A stretch of DNA of 64,000 nucleotides from Anaerolineae bacterium (GTDB lineage Bacteria; Chloroflexota; Anaerolineae; UBA1429): assembly GCA_040767425.1 (NCBI GenBank), contig JAXGON010000003.1:22440-86439 (forward strand). The letters are read 5' to 3'. Positions 47,511-56,953 of this stretch are shown here, in pieces. Both the position numbers and the translations under genes were made by a program. Every line of letters starts with the position of its first letter. Position 1 is the first letter of the stretch. The notes under the pieces were generated by a model. The model saw nothing but the letters and a program-made list of their open reading frames with translations. It made no database searches and was not told the origin of the DNA.

Positions 47511-47984
47511 GGCGTAGAGATCGAGGGGCCGGCTGTGCCCGACGCCCGTGTGTGCCACGGTAGAGTACAGCAGACCGCATCTTGCCAACAGCGAACCCCC
47601 ATTCGCCCTACGACCCCAGCCAGCCGCCGCGGCGCCATAGGCCGCCAGCGTCTCGTCATTCGAGCGCTGAGCAAGCGATCGGGCCATCATCGGTCCTCGA
47701 GATATCGTCGCCTACCCCACGCATGCCCCACGTTAGTCGTTTGGGCCTCCGCCCGCCAGAGATCGGCGTGGTGTCCACCCACATCTGCATGGGCTGGCCT
47801 CTGCTCGACCGAAAGCATGGCCACCGTAGGCCTCGTCCACCCAGGGCCAACGATGGGCCAGGCGAACCGAACAGCTTGGAAAGTGGATGAATCCTCGTTG
47901 GCCGGCCGGCATAGCGCGTCCATATTCGAAAACGAATCGGTGGCAGTGCACCCTCCCGATGCGAGATACACCGGAAAGACCGCC

Positions 47985-48308
47985 TCATACTGGACCAGTG
48001 GGATCATCGCCGAAAGCCCAGCTCAGGATGGCATGGTTCAAGCTCGCCTCGATGGCATCGGTCGGGTTCGACAGATGCGGGTCTATACGCGCACCCCACC
48101 AGCCAGTCCGCCGATTCTGCATGGTGAGCGCATGGTCGCGGGCGTCAGTGGCGGCGGCAGAGATCAAGACTTTGCCAAGCTCGGCCTCTTCCAGCCCAGC
48201 CAGCATGCTTCGAGAGACGTCACACGCCATCGCATGCACGTGAATGTCGATCAGCACGTTTGCACCTCCAAGGCTAGCAACCTTGCATCCTGAGATTCTA
48301 GCGCGCAC
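47985..48308 (-). pseudogene. N-terminal fragment of a metal-dependent (amidohydrolase-type) hydrolase.
   Basis: ..GGANVLIDIHVHAMACD.. (the hHxH metal-binding start of the amidohydrolase/TIM-barrel hydrolase fold). The frame breaks after about 107 codons. Downstream minus-strand ORFs (47656-48007) look like shifted continuations. Confidence 0.4.
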
Positions 48309-49615
48309 GTCGGCAGCTCATGTTCTTATCTGAAAGTCGGGGCACACTGTTCTCTCAAATGAAAACGTCACCGGGGAGCAGCATGAGACCACAGGGTTGG
48401 ACCTGAAGCAACGTCTGAACGAATCCAACAAAGCGCTATGCACTGAAGACTGAAGAGGGCTTTACGCTTCATCATACACCCGCTCCTCACACCGAATCGG
48501 ATACGACGTCTGAACGGCAAGTTCCCGACCTCAGCCGACGCAGGAAAGAGCGAGGTGCACGTTCGCCACGATCCTGAAGTAGACGAGGTGCGCATCGTCT
48601 ACCGGGCTTACGACGGCGCCCAAGCGCACCCGCCGCGGACTATGCCGGAAGCATCCAGGCACAGCCACGGCATCTCGTCGTAACCCGCCCTGCAGTGAAG
48701 CAGGTCGGATCGCGGGCCATCAGCGTCTCGGATATCGTGCGGCGCGGGCATCCTGCAACGGGTCCGACAGGCAGCCACGGCGTCAGCGCCGTCCCATAGG
48801 CCAGCGCCGGTTAGGAGGGTCCCGCCAAGGGCGTCCTGGGTGTCCACCCCGGGGCATCGAGGTGGACTGATCTGCACCCGCCGCCGAAAGCGGGCGGGCA
48901 CCGCCAGACCTTGCATCTCGTGGACGTCGCCAGCGGCTGGATGAATGGGCCAGGTGCGACGCAGCTATCTTGTGATGCAGGATGAGTTTTAGCGGTGTGC
49001 CCGGCGTTTGCCTTTCTCCGAAGAATCCGGACAATGGCGGCAATCCGCCAGCCCATGAATACATCAAAGCGCTCCCATCTGGTCCAGTTCTGGTTGGGGA
49101 TCATCTTCACCGGCGAAGCCCAGCTCAGGCGTCCAGCCGCCCCGATGGCAAAAGAACGACAACCGCTTCGTCGAGCACGCAACGGGTTCGATCCAGAGGT
49201 GAACGGGATCGCGACTCCGGCCGAGCAGGCCCGAGCCAGCCGAGATCCGCCGATCATATCTTCAGCCGGCATGACACACAAGACCTATGACCGTGAGACT
49301 CAAGTGACGTCGCGGGGCGTTTCCAGCGTGCGGCGGGCCGGAGCGCAGAGGATCACGCAGCGCCTCTACGACCAACCGATCCGCTAACATTACGCCAGCA
49401 GCACAGGAGGACGTCCGCTCTTGTGAAGCTGCCGGGTCACAGCAGATGGAGCGATGCACGTGTGTACTACTACGATCATCCGTTACACCTCACGGCGAAA
49501 GGAGGAGGCCTCTCTCCGGTGACGTTATCAAACCGAGGCCTTCTAGCGTGCACGTCTGGCGGACACGCAACGTCAACGTCCCTCGCGACGCTTAGCAGAG
49601 GCTGTGGGGGCGTCT

Positions 49616-49822
49616 ATGATACCGCTGCAACGGGACCTCTACGGCCAGGCCGAGGCTTGGTCCACTCAATCGGAGCTAATGGTGCGCCACATCTATGCCT
49701 ACATGCGCGCCATGGAGACGTGGCGCTATGAGCGGCTGCCCATCGACGAGGGACGCCCTATGATGCCCGATCCCACTATGGCCACGCCGCTGGAGCCTGC
49801 CTATCCCGGGGATGACGACTAG
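49616..49822 (+). CDS. Small hypothetical acidic protein (68 aa) in an otherwise gene-poor region.
   Basis: ATG 49616 after GGGGGCG. The product MIPLQRDLYGQAEAWSTQSELMVRHIYAYMRAMETWRYERLPIDEGRPMMPDPTMATPLEPAYPGDDD has non-repetitive, protein-like composition, unlike the surrounding ORFs. Confidence 0.3.
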   Translation: MIPLQRDLYGQAEAWSTQSELMVRHIYAYMRAMETWRYERLPIDEGRPMMPDPTMATPLEPAYPGDDD

Positions 49823-49883
49823 CCGAATCAGCAGACGAGAGGACCCGACGACGGGGGCGAGCGTGGCCCTTCGCCTCTGTTCC

Positions 49884-49912
49884 TTGACGCCCACCCCCAC
49901 CGCGGCTATGGT
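49884..49912 (+). promoter_or_regulatory. Sigma-70-like promoter for the GH38 locus.
   Basis: TTGACG (49884-49889), 17 nt spacer, TATGGT (49907-49912); RBS GGGGGAA before ATG 49954. Confidence 0.5.
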
Positions 49913-49953
49913 GTCCCAAACGTCAATCGCCACATTCCTGGGGGAACGCCATC

Positions 49954-52674
49954 ATGGCCAAAGCGCCTCGCCGTTGTCACTATGTCGTGAGCACGCACTG
50001 GGACCGCGAATGGTACCAGACCTTTCAGGGCTTTCGCTTTCGCCTCGTCAAGCTGATGGACCGCGTCCTCGAGGGCTGGCGCGACGGCCGGCTGAAGGGC
50101 CCCTTCCAGACCGACGGCCAGGCAGTGCTATTGGAGGACTATCTCGAGATCCGCCCAGAGCGCCGCGATGAACTGATGGAGCGCGCTCAAGAGGGCAAGC
50201 TGGTCATCGGCCCCTGGTACGCCATGCCGGATGAATTCCTGGTCTCGGGCGAATCCTTGGTGCGGAACCTGCGCCTGGGCCGAGAGGTAGCCCGCTCCCT
50301 CGGCGGCGAGCCCAGTTGCGCCGGCTTTGCCTGCGACCTCTTTGGGCACAACAGCCAGTTGCCCCAGATCTATGCCGGATTCGACATCGTGGCCGCCCTG
50401 ATCTGGCGCGGCCTGAACACCTGGGATCACCGCAACCTGCTCTGGGAGGGCGCTGATGGCACCGTCCTGCCCACCTACCGCTTTGGCCACGTGGGCTATT
50501 GCACCTATGCCATCGACGTGCGCGGCTGCCGTGACAAGGCCGGCTGCGTCGATCTCAAGGCGCTCAATGGCAGGCTGGATAGCTTTTTGCAGTGGACGGC
50601 AGAGTGCTCCGACGTGGATCCGCTGCTGCTCTTTGACGGGTGCGACCACATGGAGTGGGACCCCGTCACCTACCAAGCAATCGTCGACCGCATGGCGCCG
50701 GACGCACCAGACGACGGCTTCCAGATCGTCCATACTAGCCTCGACGAGTTCTGCCGCGAGATGGCCGCCCAGGCCGATCGCATCCAGACCCGCGTGGTCG
50801 GCGAGCTGCGCGAGCCCGCCCGCTGGACCGAGGAACGCGACAACCAGTGGCTGATTCCGGGCGTGCTCTCCAGCCGGGTGTGGATCAAACAGGAGAACGC
50901 GGCCTGCGAGACCCTGCTGACTCGCTGGACCGAGCCCATGGGCGTGCTGGCCCACCTGGCGTTGGGCCGTGACTACCCCAAGGGCTATCTCGACGTCGCC
51001 TGGCGCTGGCTGCTGCGCAACCACCCCCACGACTCCATCTGCGGTTGCAGCATCGACCAGGTCCACGAGGATATGAAGTTCCGCTTTAGCCAGTGTCGCG
51101 GGATCTGCCAAGAGGTCACCCGCGACGTTGAGCGCCGCATCGCCGCCAACGTGGGCGAGCCGGTGGTCCCCGAGACCCTGCGCGTCACCCTCTTTAACGG
51201 CGCCCAGGTGCCGGTGGACGAATCCGTCGAGGTGATCCTGGAGATCCCCTCCGATTGGCCTACGTTCAACGAGTTCTTTGGCTTTGAGCCCAAGCCAGCC
51301 TTTCGCATCTATGACGCGGAGGGCAACGAGGTGCCCTATCAGCGGCTCCACCAGACCATGAAGCAGCCGGCTACCCGACTCCTCGACACGGGGTCCATCC
51401 AGGGCTATCAGACCCATCACGTGCGCGTGAGCTTGCCGGCACGCATCCCGGCATTTGGCTATACGACGTATACGGTGCTCCCTGGCAAGCATGGCGAGCG
51501 CACCCGGCATCCTGCCGTGCCCGGCCTAGCCACCAGCGAGCGCTCTATGGAGAATGAGCACCTGGCCGTAACGATCGAGAGTAACGGCACCCTGACCCTC
51601 ACCGACAAGCGCACCGGCCAGCGCTATGAGCGGCTGCTCACCTTTAAGGACACGGCCGATATCGGCGACGGGTGGTACCACGGCGTGGCTGTCAACGACG
51701 AGACCTATGTCTCCACAGCCTCCCCCGCCGCCGTGGCCCTGGTGCACGACGGCCCCATGCTGACCACGTTCCGCGTGCGCACCAGCATGTCGGTGCCGGC
51801 GGCCTTCCAGTTCGATGGCATGATCCGCTCCGATCAGCGCACCGACCTAGTCATCGACAGCCTGATCTCGCTCCGCCCGGGGGCGGCGCACCTAGAGGTG
51901 GAGACCACCGTCCACAACAACGCCCTCGATCACCGGCTCCGCGTCCTGCTGCCCAGCGGCGCCCAGACCGACACCTACCTGGCCGACACGCCCTATGACG
52001 TGGTCGAGCGCCCCATCGCCCTCCGGGCCGATAACCACCTATATCGCGAGCTAGAGGTCGAGACCAAGCCGCAACGCACCTGGTCGGCCGTGGCCGACGC
52101 CGTCCGCGGCCTGGCCGTCATCAGCGCGGGCCTGCTGGAGACAGCCGTGCGTGACCTGCCCGAGCGCCCCTTGGCCCTGACCCTGTTCCGCGCCACCCGC
52201 ACCACCGTGGGCACCGCCGGTGAGCCCAATGGCCAGCTCCAGGGGACGCTCCAGTTTCGCTACTGGATCGTCCCGCTGGATGGCCAACCGCGCAGCGCCG
52301 AGGCCCGCATGGCCCTCTACGCCCTGGCCAACCGGCTGGCCTGTGGCGTGCACGCCGCCCAGCTGCAAGCCCTGGATGGCGAGCAGCTCCGCGAGCGGGG
52401 TGGGCTGCCCGCCAGCGGCGCGTTGATGGCCGTCAAGGGGCCGGTGGTCGTCACCGCCACCGAGATGCGTGGCGATGCCCTCGAGATCCGGGCGTTCAAC
52501 CCGGGCAGCGAGCCGGCGCAGGCCACCTATCGGCTCACAAGCGATGCCCCGTTCACGTCCGCCCAGCCGGTCAACCTGGAGAGCACGCCCCAGGGCGAGC
52601 CGCAGCCCATCGTAGATGGCGCGGTGACCGCCGAGTTTGGTCCCAAGCAGATCGTGACGTTGCGGTTGAGCTAG
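49954..52674 (+). CDS. Glycoside hydrolase family 38 (alpha-mannosidase).
   Basis: N-terminal HYVVSTHWDREW (GH38 H-x3-H-x-H-W-D-R-E-W metal/catalytic signature); about 900 aa with GH38 central and C-terminal beta-sandwich domains. Confidence 0.85.
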   Translation: MAKAPRRCHYVVSTHWDREWYQTFQGFRFRLVKLMDRVLEGWRDGRLKGPFQTDGQAVLLEDYLEIRPERRDELMERAQEGKLVIGPWYAMPDEFLVSGESLVRNLRLGREVARSLGGEPSCAGFACDLFGHNSQLPQIYAGFDIVAALIWRGLNTWDHRNLLWEGADGTVLPTYRFGHVGYCTYAIDVRGCRDKAGCVDLKALNGRLDSFLQWTAECSDVDPLLLFDGCDHMEWDPVTYQAIVDRMAPDAPDDGFQIVHTSLDEFCREMAAQADRIQTRVVGELREPARWTEERDNQWLIPGVLSSRVWIKQENAACETLLTRWTEPMGVLAHLALGRDYPKGYLDVAWRWLLRNHPHDSICGCSIDQVHEDMKFRFSQCRGICQEVTRDVERRIAANVGEPVVPETLRVTLFNGAQVPVDESVEVILEIPSDWPTFNEFFGFEPKPAFRIYDAEGNEVPYQRLHQTMKQPATRLLDTGSIQGYQTHHVRVSLPARIPAFGYTTYTVLPGKHGERTRHPAVPGLATSERSMENEHLAVTIESNGTLTLTDKRTGQRYERLLTFKDTADIGDGWYHGVAVNDETYVSTASPAAVALVHDGPMLTTFRVRTSMSVPAAFQFDGMIRSDQRTDLVIDSLISLRPGAAHLEVETTVHNNALDHRLRVLLPSGAQTDTYLADTPYDVVERPIALRADNHLYRELEVETKPQRTWSAVADAVRGLAVISAGLLETAVRDLPERPLALTLFRATRTTVGTAGEPNGQLQGTLQFRYWIVPLDGQPRSAEARMALYALANRLACGVHAAQLQALDGEQLRERGGLPASGALMAVKGPVVVTATEMRGDALEIRAFNPGSEPAQATYRLTSDAPFTSAQPVNLESTPQGEPQPIVDGAVTAEFGPKQIVTLRLS

Positions 52675-52713
52675 CCGTCGTTCCTGATAGCCCTTGCCAA
52701 CAAAGGAGTATCC

Positions 52714-54204
52714 ATGCCACGCCCCAACATCTTGCTGTTCTTTACCGATCAGCAGCGCGCCGACACGATCCATGCCGGCGGCAACCCGGTCATCCGCACG
52801 CCTAACCTGGATCGCTTGGCGCGGGAGGGCGTCCGCTTTAGCAGCGCTTATACGCCCAGCCCGGTCTGCGTGTCGGCCCGCTGCTCCATGATCCACGGCC
52901 AGTACGCTCACAACACCGGCTGCGCATTCAACGGCGACGCCATGCCCACCGACCGCCCCAGCTTTATGCAGGTGCTCACTGACGCCGGCTATCGAACCCA
53001 TGGCATCGGCAAGATGCACTTTACGCCCGATTCCCAAGCCCTGCGCGGCTGGCAGACCCGCGAGCACCAGGAAGAGATCCGTCGCAGCGTGGACGAGGAC
53101 GACTATCTCAAATTCCTGCGGAGCAAAGGCTACAGCCACGTCTACGATCCCATGGGACAGCGCGGCGAGATGTACTATATGCCGCAGCTCGCCCAGATGC
53201 CCGCCGAGTACCACGCGACCCATTGGGTGGGGGATCGCTCCATCGCCTTTATCCGCGAGCAGGAGCGGAGCGACCAGCCTTGGCTGCTCATGTCCAGCTA
53301 CATTCATCCCCACCCGCCCTTTTCGCCGCCTACACCGTGGAACAAGCTCTACCGGGCGCCGCTGATGCCCCTGCCCAAGATGCCGCAGCAGTACGAAGCC
53401 TTTTGGACCTATATGAACCGCGTGCAGAACCGTTACAAGTATCGCGATAACGGGTTTGACTATAACATGCTGCGCTGCTTGAAGGCGTTCTACTATGCCT
53501 GCATCTCGTTCATCGATTACCAGGTCGGCCGCATCCTGCAGGCGCTCGAGGAGACTGGTCAGCTTGACAACACCCTGATCCTCTACACCTCGGATCACGG
53601 CGAGTTCTTGGGCGACTATGGCTGCTTTGGCAAGCGCAGCATGCTCAACGCCGCCTGCAACGTCCCCATGCTAGCCCGCTTCCCACAACGCTTTGCCCAG
53701 GGCGCCGTCTGCAACACCCCCACCAGCTTGGTGGACATCATGCCAACCATGCTGGCGGCCGCCGACGTGCAGCGGGATGATCTCGCGCTCGACGGCGTCG
53801 ACCTGGCCGAGATCGCCCAAGAGGGCTCTGACACGCTGCTCGGTCAGCGTACCGTCTATAGCCAGTACCAGCATCGTGACGTCGGCGTCTACATGGCGTT
53901 GACCCGCCGCTGGAAGTATTTCTACTCGGCGCCCGACCGCCGCGAGTGGCTGATCGACCGCGAACAGGATCCCAACGAGCTCCGCAGTCAGGCCGGGCTG
54001 GTGTTCCGCCACAGCGCCGTATCCGAGATGCGCGACAACCTGTGGTCATTCTACCGCTCCCAGGGCTTTGAGGAACCGCTGGACGGCAACGCCTGGCGTA
54101 CCTACCCGCAGCCGAGCGTGCCGGAAGATCCCGACGGCGGCCTACTGATCCAGGATCCACCTTGGGCGGCACCGTATCAGCGTATCCCGGGCTACACCGA
54201 ATAG
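52714..54204 (+). CDS. Sulfatase (alkaline-phosphatase superfamily, formylglycine-type) with a variant signature.
   Basis: MPRPNILLFFTDQQRAD.. (metal-binding DQQ), ..SPVCVSARCSMIHGQY.. (C-x-S-x-R instead of the canonical C-x-P/A-x-R), ..HGIGKMHF... RBS AAAGGAG. Confidence 0.8.
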   Translation: MPRPNILLFFTDQQRADTIHAGGNPVIRTPNLDRLAREGVRFSSAYTPSPVCVSARCSMIHGQYAHNTGCAFNGDAMPTDRPSFMQVLTDAGYRTHGIGKMHFTPDSQALRGWQTREHQEEIRRSVDEDDYLKFLRSKGYSHVYDPMGQRGEMYYMPQLAQMPAEYHATHWVGDRSIAFIREQERSDQPWLLMSSYIHPHPPFSPPTPWNKLYRAPLMPLPKMPQQYEAFWTYMNRVQNRYKYRDNGFDYNMLRCLKAFYYACISFIDYQVGRILQALEETGQLDNTLILYTSDHGEFLGDYGCFGKRSMLNAACNVPMLARFPQRFAQGAVCNTPTSLVDIMPTMLAAADVQRDDLALDGVDLAEIAQEGSDTLLGQRTVYSQYQHRDVGVYMALTRRWKYFYSAPDRREWLIDREQDPNELRSQAGLVFRHSAVSEMRDNLWSFYRSQGFEEPLDGNAWRTYPQPSVPEDPDGGLLIQDPPWAAPYQRIPGYTE

Positions 54205-54238
54205 ATCCGTCGTCATACCGCGTACAAGGAGCTAGGCT

Positions 54239-55741
54239 ATGGCAAGGGCACGTCTAGTCGTCATCCCCGATGAGATAATCGGGACCATCAACCCCAACAT
54301 CTATGGGCATTTCGCCGAGCACCTGGGCGGCTGCATCTATGAGGGCATCTGGGTGGGTGAGGACTCGCCCATCCCCAACCGCGACGGCATTCGGCTGGAT
54401 GTAGTGGATGCGTTGCGACGCATCCACCCGCCAATAGTCCGCTGGCCCGGCGGCTGCTTTGCTGACGACTACCACTGGCGCGACGGCATCGGCCCGCGCG
54501 AGGATCGTCCCCGCACCCTCAACATCTGGTGGGATGACGTCGAGAGCAACCAGTTCGGCACCCACGAGTTCGTCCGCTTTTGCCGAATGATCGGCGCCGA
54601 GCCGTACATCTGCGGCAATGTGGGCTCGGGATCCCCCCGCGAGCTGCGCGACTGGGTCGAGTACTGCAACTATCCCGGGGGCACCACGCTATCTGACCTG
54701 CGCGCCGCCAACGGCGACCGCCAGCCGTTCGACGTCCGTTACTGGGGCGTGGGGAACGAGAGCTGGGGTTGCGGCGGTGCGTTCACGCCCGAAGAGTATG
54801 CGGCCGCTTACCGCCGTTTCGCCACCTATCTACGACCTCTCCAGCGTGATCCCATGACCCTGATCGCCAGTGGCCCGCTGGCCAACGACCAGGACTATTC
54901 CCGGCGTTTCCTCAAGCAGGTCGTCCGAACCTGCCCGCCGCAACGTGGCTTGCCCTTTGAGGGCTATGCCGCCCACTACTATTGTGGGACGGCAGGCAGC
55001 GCCACCGAGTATACCGAGGGCCAGTGGTACCACCTGCTAGCCCGCTCGCTCGAGATGGAGGCCTTGGTACGCCAGCAACGCGCCATCCTGGATAGTTACG
55101 ACCCTGAGCGCAAGGTCGGGCTGATCGTGGACGAGTGGGGCGCCTGGCATCCGGTCCAGGACGGGACCAACCCACGCCATCTCTTTCAACAGAACACCCA
55201 GCGCGATGCCTTGGTGGCTGCCTTGACGTTGGATGTCTTTAACCGGCACGCCGACAAGGTAGTGATGTCCAACATCGCCCAGACCATCAATGTGCTCCAA
55301 GCCATGATCCTCACCGATGGCGCGCGCATGCTCACCACGCCCACCTACCATGTGTACGCCATGTACGCCGCCCACCAGGGCGGCCAGGCGGTGCGCGTTC
55401 TGGTCGACTCGGAGCGTATCGACTGGATCGACGCCGAAGGAGGCGCCAGCGGTGAGATCACCCAAGTCGCCGGCTCCGCCTCGATTCGGGACGGCGCCCT
55501 CACCGTGAGCCTCGTCAACACGCACGCGGCAGAGCCGGTGGACGTCTCCCTAGCGCTCTATGGCGCCGATGGCACCATGGAGACCCGCACCACGTTGGCG
55601 AGCGGTGACATCCATGCCCACAATACCTTTGACGCCCCCACGCGCGTGGCTCCCCGCGTCGAGCATCCCGACGTCGCTGCTGACGGTGCGACGGTGACCC
55701 TGCCACCCGCCTCGGTGACGACGCTGACCATCGCCCTCTAG
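54239..55741 (+). CDS. Glycoside hydrolase family 51 (alpha-L-arabinofuranosidase).
   Basis: ..INPNIYGHFAEHLG.. N-terminus and ..YWGVGNESWGCGG.. (GH51 acid/base Glu motif); C-terminal beta-sandwich. RBS AAGGAG. Confidence 0.85.
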   Translation: MARARLVVIPDEIIGTINPNIYGHFAEHLGGCIYEGIWVGEDSPIPNRDGIRLDVVDALRRIHPPIVRWPGGCFADDYHWRDGIGPREDRPRTLNIWWDDVESNQFGTHEFVRFCRMIGAEPYICGNVGSGSPRELRDWVEYCNYPGGTTLSDLRAANGDRQPFDVRYWGVGNESWGCGGAFTPEEYAAAYRRFATYLRPLQRDPMTLIASGPLANDQDYSRRFLKQVVRTCPPQRGLPFEGYAAHYYCGTAGSATEYTEGQWYHLLARSLEMEALVRQQRAILDSYDPERKVGLIVDEWGAWHPVQDGTNPRHLFQQNTQRDALVAALTLDVFNRHADKVVMSNIAQTINVLQAMILTDGARMLTTPTYHVYAMYAAHQGGQAVRVLVDSERIDWIDAEGGASGEITQVAGSASIRDGALTVSLVNTHAAEPVDVSLALYGADGTMETRTTLASGDIHAHNTFDAPTRVAPRVEHPDVAADGATVTLPPASVTTLTIAL

Positions 55742-55754
55742 ATCGCACGACAAA

Positions 55755-55787
55755 ACGCCCCCGGCCTGGAAAAGAGGTCGGGGGCGT
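55755..55787. terminator. Perfect 9-bp stem hairpin between convergent genes.
   Basis: ACGCCCCCG (55755-55763) / CGGGGGCGT (55779-55787), loop 15 nt, followed by TCTCATCTC. Confidence 0.5.
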
Positions 55788-55808
55788 TCTCATCTCGCAG
55801 AGATCGGC

Positions 55809-56951
55809 TCAGCCTACCATCGCCCTCCACGCCGGCACCCGCAAGAACCAGATCCGGTTGCTATCGTGGTAGCTGTGCGCCCCACGATAGGCTACCCGCA
55901 CCGCCGCCAGGATGTCGTCGCCCTCAAAGGCCCAGTCCACGTATTGAAAGCCCGTGAGACGGAGCGAGTCCTCCCCTTGCAGGCCCGAGTCGTCCTCCAG
56001 CAGGTAGCGCACCACCTGCCACTGCCGCAGGTCGCGAGAGGCGCACAGCGCCAGACGGTTGCGTTGCGCGGGCCAGCCTGGCTCCGAGTTGGGGTTACTC
56101 AGCGTCACGTAGCGGTCGGTCACGGCATCATAGCGCACAGTAAACTTGGTCATGCCTCCGGGAAAGCTGACGAACCCCTCGCCCGGATCGAACGTCAGGC
56201 GACGCCCCTCATCCTCCACCCGCACCATCGCGGCCACGTCTACCTGCGGCGCGCTATGAAACCGCAGCAGATCGACCATACGCCCGTCGCGATCCAGCAC
56301 CACGTTGCCCTCCAGCCAGCCTGGCCGCTCCAACGCCCCCCACTCGGCGGGCAGCCAGGTCGGGTCAAAGGCCAGCTTGTTACTCATGCGCCAGTTGGCG
56401 GCGTCCAGCAGGTCGGCATCGGCGTCGGCCGAGATCACCAGCGCCTGAAAGCCGGTCCCCCACTGGCAGGGCGTGCAGTCCTCAAAGGCCCGATAGAGCC
56501 GGCCCTCGTGCTGCAGCACCGGCACCGGCGCGCAATGATAGTTGGGCGGCTCGTGGCCCACACCCCCCGAGAAGAGTAGCCCACTGGCGCCGTCGGCGGG
56601 GTGAGTCCAGGTATACCCGCCATCCTCGCTACGCCGGATGCAGATGCTCCCATACTGCTGCGAGCACCCCAGCAGATAGAGCGCGCCCCCGTGGACGAAC
56701 AGGCTGCTCCAGAAGGCGCCGGCGATATGGGTCACATAGCGCCAGGTGCGCCCGTCATCTTCGGAACGATACACCGTGGTGAGATGCTCTTCCGCCTCAT
56801 GATTCTTGGGACAGCCCGGCCCAAAGTAGTCATGCGTCACCACCAGCGCCCCGTCCGGCGCCCGGATGATGCTGGGGCTGCCCAGATACGTGCGCGTGCG
56901 CGGATCCTGATACGCGACCTCAACCGGGCATGGCGAGTATTCGGCTCCCAT
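55809..56951 (-). CDS. BNR/Asp-box repeat protein (exo-alpha-sialidase/GH33-like six-bladed propeller), cytoplasmic or secreted status unclear.
   Basis: Asp-boxes SEDDGRTW and SEDGGYTW; about 380 aa. Confidence 0.65.
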   Translation of the reverse strand: MGAEYSPCPVEVAYQDPRTRTYLGSPSIIRAPDGALVVTHDYFGPGCPKNHEAEEHLTTVYRSEDDGRTWRYVTHIAGAFWSSLFVHGGALYLLGCSQQYGSICIRRSEDGGYTWTHPADGASGLLFSGGVGHEPPNYHCAPVPVLQHEGRLYRAFEDCTPCQWGTGFQALVISADADADLLDAANWRMSNKLAFDPTWLPAEWGALERPGWLEGNVVLDRDGRMVDLLRFHSAPQVDVAAMVRVEDEGRRLTFDPGEGFVSFPGGMTKFTVRYDAVTDRYVTLSNPNSEPGWPAQRNRLALCASRDLRQWQVVRYLLEDDSGLQGEDSLRLTGFQYVDWAFEGDDILAAVRVAYRGAHSYHDSNRIWFLRVPAWRAMVG

Positions 56952-56953
56952 CG

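Noticed and set aside
47241-48293. 350-aa TTG-initiated plus-strand ORF after the zinc-ribbon gene
   Set aside because: Its only protein-like part (..QAAERAYDMAWAFNAR..) is the AOR remnant read in frame for about 25 codons. The rest is frame-drifted low-complexity sequence, so it is treated as a pseudogene region, not a gene.
49184-49194. tRNA T-loop-like GGGTTCGATCC in the gene-poor region
   Set aside because: The flanks do not pair into a T-stem or acceptor stem. It could at most be a tRNA fragment, and it is mentioned only because island junctions often carry such remnants.
50128-51510. 460-aa minus-strand ORF within GH38
   Set aside because: Antisense low-complexity ORF.
52051-53598. 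515-aa minus-strand ORF spanning the GH38 C-terminus and the sulfatase N-terminus
   Set aside because: Antisense to two motif-supported genes, with Gly/Arg/Ala-rich composition.
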